A DNA stretch of 50,902 nt from Candidatus Thorarchaeota archaeon (GCA_019057475.1 DXJO01000056.1:1-50902), one strand, 5' to 3'; counted from the stretch's first letter, positions 27,690-37,769 are shown. Translations and numbers: made by a program. The notes: generated from the sequence alone by a model not told the origin.

Positions 27690-28739
27690 ATGAGCGAACC
27701 GTTTCCGATGGATGAATTGGTTGACAGGCTCCTCTTGATTGCTACACTGAACTCTACACTGATTCATTTCCTATTGAGTTCCCAGATTGAGGGTAGCATA
27801 GATCCGGATAGGGTAGATTCACTAACTCAAGGGTTAAAGAGAACCCGGAAATGGATGGAGGATGCTACCACATCAGAAGGCATACCCTCTTCCACCGCAA
27901 ACATCATGGGCTTGATAGTGAAAAGACTCTCTCAGATAGAGAGCCTCCTTCCGAAGCTCTCAGTCATCGCAAAGAAAGCTGAGGTCCAAGGAAGCCCAAC
28001 TCAAGAGATACTATCGCTCCTTGAAGACAGCACTAGATCTGCTGGAGACTCAATCCCTTTTGGAGGGAAATCTAGTATTGTTCCCTTGGTTGAGGGGGCA
28101 GCCCCACCGCCTGAAGAAGCTTTCAGAAAGGTACAGGTCGAGGACGACGAGTGGGGTTTGATAGGAAAGACTCAGCGGCTAATCAAACAGTATTCCAAGC
28201 GGTGTCACGTGCTGTTGCCCATTTTCTGGCTCGAGGTTGTAAGAGACATTCACAAGTACAAGTCAAACTCACCCTACGCCAGCGAGATTATTGAAATACC
28301 TGCGAAGATTGCATCTCAGATTGTGAAGATTCTATTGACTGAAGCTCCAGGTGCAAGACTTTTGCAGGATTTGTCCAAGAAACGGCCTGTTGAGATCTAC
28401 TTGGACCCTTCAGAAACCGAGCGTGTTGAGAGAGCAGTATCAAAGTACTTCTCCGGACTTGAAGGCGTCCTCAGTGGTGCAACTCCCAAACCTGCAGACA
28501 AGGTTTCAGAGGCACAGATGATCTTCGACGGTTTTGATTGGGGTGGGCCTGAATTGGAGAAACGAATCATAAAGCGGTTCAATCAGCGGTGTGAGGAAAC
28601 CCTCCATGATGCAGAAACCGCTACTGATCCCGCTAGGCAAGTCATCTATGCTGAAGCCACAAAGCTGCTCTGCAAACTACAGCACGCGCTCCTTGCCGAA
28701 CCCAGATTCAGAGAGATACTGGCCCAGATGAAACCGTAG
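27690..28739 (+). CDS. Helical hypothetical protein, third gene of the tubulin-like operon
   Basis: GGTGA RBS and ATG 15 nt after the tubulin stop; soluble and helix-rich. Confidence 0.8.
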   Translation: MSEPFPMDELVDRLLLIATLNSTLIHFLLSSQIEGSIDPDRVDSLTQGLKRTRKWMEDATTSEGIPSSTANIMGLIVKRLSQIESLLPKLSVIAKKAEVQGSPTQEILSLLEDSTRSAGDSIPFGGKSSIVPLVEGAAPPPEEAFRKVQVEDDEWGLIGKTQRLIKQYSKRCHVLLPIFWLEVVRDIHKYKSNSPYASEIIEIPAKIASQIVKILLTEAPGARLLQDLSKKRPVEIYLDPSETERVERAVSKYFSGLEGVLSGATPKPADKVSEAQMIFDGFDWGGPELEKRIIKRFNQRCEETLHDAETATDPARQVIYAEATKLLCKLQHALLAEPRFREILAQMKP

Positions 28740-28819
28740 AGCCTGTGAAGCCACCTGCGTTAGCATATCTGATATAAGTAAGACATGTCATCTCGCATTA
28801 AACCTAGAGAGGGTAAACA

Positions 28820-30226
28820 ATGTCTGGTCTAAAGGAGATGCTTAATCCCAGAACGACAGCTGTTGTTGGCGTTAGTACATCGAATCCATTCTCCCCCGGA
28901 AACGTCATCTTCAGGAAATTGTGTTTTGAGAATGCCCTCCCCACGTTCCCAATCAACCCGAAAGGAGGAACGGTGGAAGGACAAAAAGTTTACAAATCGA
29001 TTCTGGAAGCTCCGGATGGCATCGACCTTGCCGTCATCTCAGTTCCATCCAAGTACGTGCCCGGAATTCTTGAACAGTGTGGAAGCAAGAATATCCCCTC
29101 TGTCATAGTCGTATCTGGAGGCTTCGGTGAAATAGGTCCCGCAGGTGCAAGTCTACAAACAGAGATTGTCGAAATCGCCAAGAAACACAACATAACAATG
29201 GTAGGGCCGAATTGTATTGGCGTGTTTGTGCCCGATAAGCTTGACACATTTTTCCTGCCCTCTGAAAGAGTTGCTCGACCATTAAAGGGAAACGTGGCGA
29301 TTATTTCTCAGAGTGGAGGATGGCTCGTTGAGCGACTCGAGGAGTTTGCGTCTCGCGATTTGGGAATTGCAGCAGCCATTTCCATTGGCAACTCGGCTCA
29401 GACGAACGTGACTGACTTCATCAGGCATTTCGGCAAAGACAAGAACGTGCGAGTCATTCTGGCATACATCGAAGGTTTCGGTCCGAATGAGGGACGAGAG
29501 TTCGTTGAGGCTTGCGCGGAGGTCGCGCCAAGAAAACCGGTAGTTGTTCTAAAGGGAGGAGACTCGGAAGCAGGACATCGAGCCACACAGAGTCACACCT
29601 CATCCCTTGCTGGGAACTCGGTTATAGCAGCTGCCGCTTTCAAGCAATACGGGATAATTCATGCTGTCGACGAAGATGAAGTTATGGCCTACACAAAGGC
29701 ATTTTCGTTTAGTCCGCGCTTGATGAAAGGCTCGCGAGTTGGAGTGATGACTGTGTCCGGTGGTCACGGCGTTATTGCCAGTGATGAGGCTTCATTCTAT
29801 GGTCTGGAATTCCCACCGTTCATCAGGGAGGACCAAGAAGCCATGAGGGAAGTAATGACCCCTGCGTACAGAGGAATTGCCTCATTCAGAAATCCGATCG
29901 ATCTTACGGGAAGTGCGGCTGATGTCGACTACGAGCAGGTGCTGAAGGTCATGCTCAGCTTGGACTACATAGATTCAGCATTGTTGTTGCTCCTGCCGTA
30001 CGCTCCAGGAATATCCCTTCAGATTGGAGCGAGAGTAGCGAATGTTACAAAGCAATTCAACAAGTGCGTCGTCGCATATGTTCCAGACTTGGATAAATAT
30101 GAAGTAATTTTGAGAGGCTTCGAGCTCAATGGCATTCCTGTGGGCGATACAATAGAAGAAGCAGTGCAGATGCTCAATGGAATTCGAGTTCGCTCCAGGT
30201 TCCTTCAGCAAATAGGAAAGCTCTAA
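28820..30226 (+). CDS. acdA: ADP-forming acetate/acyl-CoA ligase, alpha subunit
   Basis: CoA-binding domain with PINPKG and GPNCIG, SQSG, the phospho-His motif SHTSSLAG, and NPIDLTG. Confidence 0.85.
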   Translation: MSGLKEMLNPRTTAVVGVSTSNPFSPGNVIFRKLCFENALPTFPINPKGGTVEGQKVYKSILEAPDGIDLAVISVPSKYVPGILEQCGSKNIPSVIVVSGGFGEIGPAGASLQTEIVEIAKKHNITMVGPNCIGVFVPDKLDTFFLPSERVARPLKGNVAIISQSGGWLVERLEEFASRDLGIAAAISIGNSAQTNVTDFIRHFGKDKNVRVILAYIEGFGPNEGREFVEACAEVAPRKPVVVLKGGDSEAGHRATQSHTSSLAGNSVIAAAAFKQYGIIHAVDEDEVMAYTKAFSFSPRLMKGSRVGVMTVSGGHGVIASDEASFYGLEFPPFIREDQEAMREVMTPAYRGIASFRNPIDLTGSAADVDYEQVLKVMLSLDYIDSALLLLLPYAPGISLQIGARVANVTKQFNKCVVAYVPDLDKYEVILRGFELNGIPVGDTIEEAVQMLNGIRVRSRFLQQIGKL

Positions 30227-30251
30227 TGGCGTAGCGTAGGAGCGGATTTCT

Positions 30252-31379
30252 CTACTTCCGAGTATACTTTGAGTAATCGATACCAAGAGCCTGTAGGTGA
30301 TTCAGAAGATCGCCAGTGATTCTCATCGGTTTCGTTGTCAAGTCTTCAAGGGTTTCACAACCGGTGAGATACATTGCGACTCTTAGACCCTCGATGATCT
30401 TTTCGACCTCATCAATAACCTCTGCAACTGTCCCGCGAGCTGCGGGTCTCAACAGTGGGTGAGCTACTCCTGCGGCAACGGCGCCGAGACTCAAAGCTTT
30501 AGCAACATCAAGCCCAGTTCTAATTCCGCCTGTCGCTATTACATCAAGTTCAGTAGCATCAGCAACCATGATGACACTCAAAGCCGTAGGAATCCCCCAG
30601 TCCCAGAAATCATTACCCAATTGGATTTTGACTTCGTCGCCGTCCCGCACTGCTCGGAAGTACTCTACGGCAGCCCAACTTGTTCCTCCAACGCCGCCAA
30701 CGTCCACTGCATCAACGCCAGCCTCCTCAAGACTGCGAGCAACTTCGCCAGAGATTCCTGCCCCAGTTTCTTTTACCATAACCGGAATATCCACTGAATC
30801 CACGATGGCTCTGATGTGTCCGAGCACTCCAATGGAGTTGCAATCGCCTTCCGGTTGTACAGCCTCTTGAAGTGGATTAAGATGAATCGCAATAATGTCG
30901 GCGTCAATCATCTCGATGGCTTCTTGAGCTGCCTTCACGTGAGTAGCGCCGATATTCGCGATGACCGGCACAGAAGGCGCCTCTTCACGGACTACCTTGA
31001 ATGTGTTTGCGAGGGTTGAATCCTCAATTGCTGCGCGTTGACTCCCAACTCCGATTGGAATCTTCAACCCTTCGGCTGCCTGAGCAAGCCTCCGGTTGAT
31101 CTCCAAAGTTTGAGGGTGACCGCCTGTCATTGCAGCAATAATAATTGGCGCTGAAGCTTTTAGCCCCAGAAGGTTGGTTGTGAGGTCGATATTATCCTTG
31201 TCAATTTCGGGCAATGCATTATGCACGAACTCAATGTCAGCAAACATACTAGGCGCCCTGCACTGAACATCCTCATCCAGACAGATTTCGATGTGTTCGA
31301 TCTTGCGTCTGCGCGTTAGAGAAGCTTCCGAACCATCTTCTTCGCCCAATGGTTTTCCTTCGGAATCATGCTGCACCAT
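30252..31379 (-). CDS. fni: Type 2 isopentenyl-diphosphate delta-isomerase
   Basis: RKIEHI, AMTGG, GVGSQR, HLNPLQEAVQPEGD, VKETG and GGTSW motifs. Confidence 0.95.
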   Translation of the reverse strand: MVQHDSEGKPLGEEDGSEASLTRRRKIEHIEICLDEDVQCRAPSMFADIEFVHNALPEIDKDNIDLTTNLLGLKASAPIIIAAMTGGHPQTLEINRRLAQAAEGLKIPIGVGSQRAAIEDSTLANTFKVVREEAPSVPVIANIGATHVKAAQEAIEMIDADIIAIHLNPLQEAVQPEGDCNSIGVLGHIRAIVDSVDIPVMVKETGAGISGEVARSLEEAGVDAVDVGGVGGTSWAAVEYFRAVRDGDEVKIQLGNDFWDWGIPTALSVIMVADATELDVIATGGIRTGLDVAKALSLGAVAAGVAHPLLRPAARGTVAEVIDEVEKIIEGLRVAMYLTGCETLEDLTTKPMRITGDLLNHLQALGIDYSKYTRK

Positions 31380-31503
31380 GTCAAGAATACCCTTCTACTT
31401 GAAACTCATCCAATTCACTGATAGCACTTGCGGTCACACACGAGTTGCGTGATGCGAAGACTTTATTCTGAGTGCTACCGGAACTTCAACCCGAGGAAGG
31501 AAA

Positions 31504-32043
31504 ATGGACGAGGAAACGAAGTATAGAGTAGAAGACCCCGATCAAGTTGAAGATGAACTGCCAGGCATTATGAAGCCACTTCCCCCAGGTCCTCAAGCCC
31601 ATAGGAAAAGAGGAAAACGTCCTGTACCCATGGTTAAGTTTCTAGGCGTGACAATGAAAGAAACTAGTCGGGACAACCTGCTCCTCATAATGGTACCTCT
31701 TCTTGTTGCTCTCATAGATGCGAACGTTTTCTCTTGGATTATAGTCGGGATTCTGGAGGAATCTTCAATCTACATGTTTGTCATCCCATTATTCGCTGCC
31801 ATTCCGGTGGGCCTTTTGATGGCAAACACGGGAAGGACTATAGGAGGCGCAGTGCTTGTGTCGATATTCTTTGCAGTGCTTATTGTGGGGTTCATTGTAA
31901 TCCCCAGCTTTTTCCTGCAACCTGCTAGCCTCGCTGATTTCTTCATAAGCGCTACTGTTGTAGCCTCAGTTTACGTCCTCTTCGTGTTTCTCGCATCGTT
32001 GTTGGGGAGCATAGTTGGGATGTTGCTTCGCGAGTTCTTATGA
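31504..32043 (+). CDS. Four-TM membrane protein of unknown function
   Basis: Four hydrophobic segments after a charged N-terminus. Confidence 0.8.
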   Translation: MDEETKYRVEDPDQVEDELPGIMKPLPPGPQAHRKRGKRPVPMVKFLGVTMKETSRDNLLLIMVPLLVALIDANVFSWIIVGILEESSIYMFVIPLFAAIPVGLLMANTGRTIGGAVLVSIFFAVLIVGFIVIPSFFLQPASLADFFISATVVASVYVLFVFLASLLGSIVGMLLREFL

Positions 32044-32096
32044 CGTACGCCTGCTTCGCAAGAAATAAGCGAGACCCCTCTCAGTAGGAACCCACA

Positions 32097-33245
32097 ATGA
32101 AAGGAAAGCTTGTCTACCCGTATTCAGATGCCTTGCTTCAATACAAGTTCAAGAAGGAACACCCACTGACGCCCGACAGGTTGAAGCTGACTCATCTGCT
32201 ATCAGAACAGCTCGGGCTCATGGACAAGGTACAACTAGTCGAGCCAACAGTGGCAGAGAGAGCGGACTTGGAGATGTTTCATACTCCTGATTTCATAGAT
32301 GCCGTTGTGGAGTGTGGCGATAGCGACCACATCAATGCAAAATACGGTTTAGGGATCGCGGATAATCCAACATTTCCTAGAATATACGATGCGGCGGCGA
32401 GGTATGTCGGAGCAACCCTCGATGGAATGAAGGAGATAGCAAAGGGAGCATCCAAAGCGTTCTGCATTTCAGGCGGACTTCACCACGCTCATAGAAGTGA
32501 GGCTTCCGGCTTCTGCATCTTTAATGACGTTGTGACAGCAGTGATGTACCTTCAGAAGAAAAGGCCAAGTAGAGTGCTCTACCTCGACATTTTTGACGCT
32601 CATCATGGTGATGGGGTTCAGAATGCGTTCTACAGGTCGAAGGACGTTCTTACAATCTCCGCACATCAGACTGGCAAGACCCTATTCCCAGGTACAGGCT
32701 TCGTGTATGAAATTGGCGGTGGAGAAGGCATTGGCCATTCTGTAAACGTGCCGGTGCTTCCGGGAACAGGAACCCCTGAACTGATACGGATTGTCGAAGA
32801 GGTCGTTGTCCCACTCTTTGAGTCGTTTCAACCCAATCTACTTGTCACTCAACTTGGAGTGGACGGACATTTCCTTGATCCGCTAGCACACTTAGCCTAC
32901 ACTAGTCACGGATACGAAACCAGCCTCAAGCGTATCAAGAAGTTATCCGAAGACATCTGCGATGTCGGTTGGCTGGCCGTAGGCGGGGGCGGATATCATC
33001 CTGTGAATGTCGCAAGGCTCTGGACTCTTTTTCTAGCCATCATGTTAGACGAGGATGTACCAAGATACTTGCCAGACGAATTCAAGCAAGAATGCAAAAT
33101 GCGGGGATACAATGAATTCCCGGAAACAATGAGGGATGAGCAGCAAGTAGTCCAGCAGTACTTCTCTCAGGAGCAGGTCACTCTGGATCTTGATAGAGTA
33201 TTCAGACGTATCGAGGAGCTGGTCTTTCCTTATCATGGCATCTAG
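32097..33245 (+). CDS. acuC: Histone deacetylase family protein (AcuC-like)
   Basis: GGLHHA, SGFCIFND, DAHHGDG, FPGTG, QLGVDGH..DPL and GGGGY motifs. Confidence 0.9.
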   Translation: MKGKLVYPYSDALLQYKFKKEHPLTPDRLKLTHLLSEQLGLMDKVQLVEPTVAERADLEMFHTPDFIDAVVECGDSDHINAKYGLGIADNPTFPRIYDAAARYVGATLDGMKEIAKGASKAFCISGGLHHAHRSEASGFCIFNDVVTAVMYLQKKRPSRVLYLDIFDAHHGDGVQNAFYRSKDVLTISAHQTGKTLFPGTGFVYEIGGGEGIGHSVNVPVLPGTGTPELIRIVEEVVVPLFESFQPNLLVTQLGVDGHFLDPLAHLAYTSHGYETSLKRIKKLSEDICDVGWLAVGGGGYHPVNVARLWTLFLAIMLDEDVPRYLPDEFKQECKMRGYNEFPETMRDEQQVVQQYFSQEQVTLDLDRVFRRIEELVFPYHGI

Positions 33246-33267
33246 AAATCGGATGGCAGTGTAGAAG

Positions 33268-33900
33268 TCAATGTCGCTCCAGCTGAGCATCGACCCACTT
33301 GCGTACCATCTGTGCTACAAGATTAGATGATGCTGCAATTATTATCGAGTCGGCATCCTCAGATAGCAGAGAGGACGGGTCAACTCCCGATCGAGCCATC
33401 TTAAGAAGAGAAGGAAAGCAGAGAAATCCTAAAGCCTCAACCACGTCAGCAGATTCAGCGCCAGTTATTTGAACTGATACGCCGATGACATCTGTGGGAG
33501 AAATGCGCGAGTCAATGTTCATTATGTCTGTCAGATGGTTTATAGTTCCCGAAACAACAACATCTGGTTCTACACATTCATCATGGATGCTGGTTGCTCC
33601 ATTCTCGAAAACAATAGACAGGAGTTCATCAGCATCCGTGGCCTTGAAGCATATCGTCAGATCTCTGAACGAATGCTCGGTTACATTCATGTATTTCTCG
33701 AATTCCGACTCAGGCAGCTTATGAATATCGCGAGCACGCTCAATGCTTACCTTAAATGCCGCTCTGCAGCCATCAACTACCGGACCCAGATACTCCATGA
33801 GCATAAACTTGTCTAGATTGACCGCGCGCGACACCTGCTTTAGGTGCCACTCCAGATTCATTCGATTCTCCTTCTCTGCCAAAGTAATCCGAACTAGCAT
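33268..33900 (-). CDS. Hypothetical protein with possible SCP2-like lipid-binding domain
   Basis: SIVFENG...EPDVVVSG...VQITG fits the SCP2 strand pattern. Confidence 0.55.
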   Translation of the reverse strand: MLVRITLAEKENRMNLEWHLKQVSRAVNLDKFMLMEYLGPVVDGCRAAFKVSIERARDIHKLPESEFEKYMNVTEHSFRDLTICFKATDADELLSIVFENGATSIHDECVEPDVVVSGTINHLTDIMNIDSRISPTDVIGVSVQITGAESADVVEALGFLCFPSLLKMARSGVDPSSLLSEDADSIIIAASSNLVAQMVRKWVDAQLERH

Positions 33901-33991
33901 TATTGCATTGGTATTTAGAGATGATGTTTAACCCAAGAAACAATATTACAGGAAGTGATTAGCATAACACACGCAATTGCAACGGGGTTAA

Positions 33992-34741
33992 ATGGTGACC
34001 ATCGACATCCACACGCATCTGGGAAGTACACGAATGGAAGCTGATGATGTCAGTGACCACACATTGAAGAACCATGTTGATGAACTCATCCGACATATGG
34101 ACATGCACGGAATCAAGAAAGCGGTTGTGTGTCCGACATCGCCCAACTATGATAATGACCTCCATGTTGCAGCTGCTTCTATGAACCCCGATAGACTGAT
34201 GAGCGCCTGCGCGATTATTCCAAGACCACTAAGCAACGCACGGAAGATGGTTACACACTACGCTGATGAAGGATGCAAAGCGGTCATTTTCGATGACAGA
34301 CTGTATCACCCTCAAGATCCTGCAGCCTATGCGCTGCTACAGGCATCTGTTGAAGCCAATTTAGCTGTCTATCTGCATAATGCTGAGATGACCAGCGATA
34401 CGATTACCTTCTTGGACCGAGCATCGCAGATGTATCCAGATGGCAGATTCGTTGTGCTCCATATGGGAGGGCTCTTCGGTTTCCCCAAGTTGTTGCCCTT
34501 AGTGGCGAGGAGCAATGTCTGGCTAGAGGTGTCAGTGACATTAATCAAGCTAGTCGAGTCACCACTGAAGGTTTTCCTTGATGCTCTTGTTCAGGATATC
34601 GGCGTCAGGAGACTAGTCTTTGGTTCAGAGCATTATACCGAGTACGGAGACCTAAGAGCTGTGCTGAATATGATTCAGCTGAATGTGGAAACCAGTCAAA
34701 TCATTACGAAAGGCAACGCCAAGGACATCCTGCGCCTCTAG
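33992..34741 (+). CDS. Amidohydrolase family protein (amidohydro_2)
   Basis: IDIHTH, VVLHMG, NVWLEVS and LVFGSE motifs. Confidence 0.85.
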   Translation: MVTIDIHTHLGSTRMEADDVSDHTLKNHVDELIRHMDMHGIKKAVVCPTSPNYDNDLHVAAASMNPDRLMSACAIIPRPLSNARKMVTHYADEGCKAVIFDDRLYHPQDPAAYALLQASVEANLAVYLHNAEMTSDTITFLDRASQMYPDGRFVVLHMGGLFGFPKLLPLVARSNVWLEVSVTLIKLVESPLKVFLDALVQDIGVRRLVFGSEHYTEYGDLRAVLNMIQLNVETSQIITKGNAKDILRL

Positions 34742-34795
34742 GAAACCAAGTCGCACCCAAGGCCTTAACGAACCGACCCTGTGTCTTGTTCATTT

Positions 34796-35149
34796 TCAAG
34801 TGTCTTCAATATGATGGGTGAGCATGGCACCATGAATGAGCTCGCGGACATCTTCTAGCTTGGGAATGCCGATGATGCGTGACTTGCCCACCACAATTGT
34901 TGGCACAGCGATAATGCCCTCAGATTCGATACGATTCAAATGCGTTTCTATCCGTGATTCAACTACTTCAAAAATGTTCGTGCCATAGCTTAAATCCCGC
35001 GTCGCTTCTTTCACTAATTCCACTGCATGACTACAGAAACCGCAGTGGTCGCTCGTGAAGACAGTTATCTTGATTGCATTACTGCGCGTTTGGGATTCAT
35101 CAATCTGAGAATTATCCAACCAGTCCCGTGTTCGACTTCGGTGTGTCAT
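34796..35149 (-). CDS. Thioredoxin/glutaredoxin-like protein
   Basis: CGFC active site and cis-Pro motif AVPT; start after an AGGAG RBS. Confidence 0.82.
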   Translation of the reverse strand: MTHRSRTRDWLDNSQIDESQTRSNAIKITVFTSDHCGFCSHAVELVKEATRDLSYGTNIFEVVESRIETHLNRIESEGIIAVPTIVVGKSRIIGIPKLEDVRELIHGAMLTHHIEDT

Positions 35150-35267
35150 TTGGTCATTCTCCTTACGGCAGTACTTCACAAATTGCGTAGATTGACGCTA
35201 CGCTTGATGTTCGGCTTTGATGATATAATCCCGTCAAGAACAGGAACTCCGCACGATTGCAAGTCCC

Positions 35268-35486
35268 TCACTCAGCGAATATGGGGGGCTTAAGACGGAT
35301 TTCTTCTTGTACGGAATGGATGGCCCTCAGCGGTATTGATTCCCAATGCCGACTGCCTCTCTCCACGATAACAAACGGTCCACTTCCTTCATCATACCAG
35401 ACTTTCTTCACGCGCCCTATGGGAAAGCCCCTGAAGTCGCAAACAAGCTTGTTCTTCAGAAGCCATTTCATCTTCTCATCCGTCAT
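35268..35486 (-). CDS. PRC-barrel domain protein
   Basis: LKNKLVCDFRGFPIGRVKKV...IPLRAIHSVQEEIRLK fits the PRC-barrel pattern. Confidence 0.75.
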   Translation of the reverse strand: MTDEKMKWLLKNKLVCDFRGFPIGRVKKVWYDEGSGPFVIVERGSRHWESIPLRAIHSVQEEIRLKPPIFAE

Positions 35487-35618
35487 AAGTGCTCATCAAT
35501 ATGAAGAACGAATCCCATTGAAGAGCGTGTGTAAGACGGGAGCAATTCCGAGGTAACATACACTCGGTTTGAAAATAACTGAGTTATCGTTGGCCTGCTG
35601 CTGATGGACGCTTGCAAA

Positions 35619-36149
35619 TCACGGGAAGAGTATCATCAATCCGTATAGAAGCCAGTTAGCAATAGCGGGAAAGAGAAGCCAGACAAGATAGTTGCCTGGA
35701 GGTGCAGTGAATCGATCAACCTCAGCGGGAAGGAATCCCAAGTACCCGTTTTCCACCGGAGTCCAAGTCCATAAAGCTCTTTCCCGACTAAGGACTGGCT
35801 CGATTACCAATAGGTCCAGAACAGTGCCTAGCAGCCCAGAACCCAAGATAGCACCAGCTGCAGGTAGCCCCATTACTAATGAAAACACCAATGTACCTTG
35901 AACTGCAAAAACCCACATGAAGGGAATCCACAGGGGCACCCGTCCTACAAAGAAACCATTTGTTTTTGATTTTGTATAATGGTAATACCCCTGTCCCGAA
36001 ATATAGTGTTCTCCAATGGCGCCAACTATCAGGATAGCAACAATTTGCACGCCCACTCTCCAACCTGCCATTGTCCAAAGCAAGTATGTAGTTGAGGCGG
36101 CAAGTACGACGAGTATGGCGGCGAGTATATGTCCAAATACCTTCGACAT
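35619..36149 (-). CDS. Membrane protein, DUF422/CruF carotenoid-biosynthesis-like
   Basis: E...GYYHY, VPLWIPFMW, DLLVIEP, WTW and P.GNYLVW match the family pattern. Confidence 0.72.
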   Translation of the reverse strand: MSKVFGHILAAILVVLAASTTYLLWTMAGWRVGVQIVAILIVGAIGEHYISGQGYYHYTKSKTNGFFVGRVPLWIPFMWVFAVQGTLVFSLVMGLPAAGAILGSGLLGTVLDLLVIEPVLSRERALWTWTPVENGYLGFLPAEVDRFTAPPGNYLVWLLFPAIANWLLYGLMILFP

Positions 36150-36154
36150 AACGG

Positions 36155-36445
36155 TCACTCCTTGCCTTTCAGGAAGCTCCATAGACCGAACTGTGAATTT
36201 CTTCGCACGACCTGAGTAGCTAATTTGAGACTCTCACGAATTGCGGCCCCCCGTTCCTTGAAAGCCACGAGGAACCTTCGCCCTCTCTTCTCCGTTGTGA
36301 TGGACTGCGAATTGAAGGTCTCTTGGATATCAAGCAGGACGTCAATTACCCGACCTACCGTACGTCGATCAATGTCGAGCTTCTGTGATAATTCTCCAAT
36401 CGACATCGGAACGCCATTTCTAAGCTCACTAACAATTTGAGCCAT
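36155..36445 (-). CDS. Winged-HTH domain protein (alternative start 36499)
   Basis: MSIGELSQKLDIDRRTVGRVI helix-turn-helix. Confidence 0.72.
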   Translation of the reverse strand: MAQIVSELRNGVPMSIGELSQKLDIDRRTVGRVIDVLLDIQETFNSQSITTEKRGRRFLVAFKERGAAIRESLKLATQVVRRNSQFGLWSFLKGKE

Positions 36446-36592
36446 GGCGTCAATGTGACCAACGCGGTGTATAGAGGGAGTAAAACCTGCAAATGGCATT
36501 ACAGTTCAATAGGCAGCATCGCCAGCTCAAATATATACTTTGTTACGCACACATATTTTAGTACATGAAGTCGGCAATTGCTAGTTAACAGT

Positions 36593-37177
36593 TCACGAAG
36601 TCACATATTCGTCCTCTTTTTCGTATCCCCACTCAACAATACTCTCGTCCCCGGTAGGAAGCATCAGTCCGGGTAGGAAGAATCCAATGACAACCATGAT
36701 GAAACCAACGATGTTCATTGTGCCTCCAGTGACAACCCAGTTGCGCATGTCGCTAGACTGGGTAAGGCCTATGTCCGCAAAACCTGCGCCATCGAGGCGG
36801 TCAAGTGTAAGTGTGTAGTTCCCGGGATCCAGATTAATTACAACTGTATTTTCGAAAACGGGAGGATTGCTGTCCAGAATTTGATGTGTAGCTGTTAAGG
36901 TCATGTTGATGGTATACACATTAAACGTATCGTTGTTCAGTAATGAAATGTCTACGTTAACAAGCGTGCTGTTGGACGGCCGCACTGATATCCAGACCTC
37001 AAGTTGGGGGTAAAACCCGGCTTTGTCCCAAATGCTGAATGACCCTCGATTGCCGGCCATTGCTATGTAACCCATCGCATGATATGGGGCGGAGTAGACA
37101 ATTGCCCCACCTAGAATGATTATGAACACTCCTCCGAAATAGAAGAATGCTTTCTTGCTGAACCAGACGCTTCTCAT
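36593..37177 (-). CDS. Membrane protein with two TMs flanking an extracellular beta domain
   Basis: N- and C-terminal TMs; glycosylation sequons; LDPGNYTL strand motif. Confidence 0.78.
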   Translation of the reverse strand: MRSVWFSKKAFFYFGGVFIIILGGAIVYSAPYHAMGYIAMAGNRGSFSIWDKAGFYPQLEVWISVRPSNSTLVNVDISLLNNDTFNVYTINMTLTATHQILDSNPPVFENTVVINLDPGNYTLTLDRLDGAGFADIGLTQSSDMRNWVVTGGTMNIVGFIMVVIGFFLPGLMLPTGDESIVEWGYEKEDEYVTS

Positions 37178-37376
37178 CCATCAGACACCGGGTTTAACAA
37201 TTGAAATCGAGGATATAGGTCTAACGAACAGGACAATGTATATGAAACCAAACTCCAAGTGCTGTTCATAGGATAAACGCGCACCATTGCGGGAGCAAGA
37301 TTTTCAATGATGGCAACCATAGCCTTTATAGGTACGACCAAAACAGTCAATTTCAAACTACAGGGAGTATCCAGCA

Positions 37377-37769
37377 ATGTTCTTCGAATTGTCGCTAATA
37401 CCATTTCTATCCATAGTGCTACTGTTCCTCATTTTCTGGATCGTGAAGGAAGGGAGCCGGTGGCAAAAGCACCCTCAATTGGGTGTGTTCGCTAGGTTCG
37501 TACAAACATCGCCCGGAAGAGCCTTTTTCTCGTTCTTAATACTCACAATTCTCTTAGTCCCCGCGACGTTGCTTCTCCTGCAAGGAGTGTGGTGGGACTT
37601 ATTAGCGACTGGAGATGCCATCGCGAATACAGTTCCGGTCGTAAACACTCTGCTGCTCATGTTCCTTATCCTAGCGGGAATGATTCCAGTGATGATGAGC
37701 AGTTTCAGAACTTGGCGTCATGCGGTCCGAGCCGCAGCAGAGGTTAGAGTAAGGACTACAGCCGGATAA
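37377..37769 (+). CDS. Three-TM membrane protein of unknown function
   Basis: GGGAG RBS and three hydrophobic helices. Confidence 0.75.
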   Translation: MFFELSLIPFLSIVLLFLIFWIVKEGSRWQKHPQLGVFARFVQTSPGRAFFSFLILTILLVPATLLLLQGVWWDLLATGDAIANTVPVVNTLLLMFLILAGMIPVMMSSFRTWRHAVRAAAEVRVRTTAG

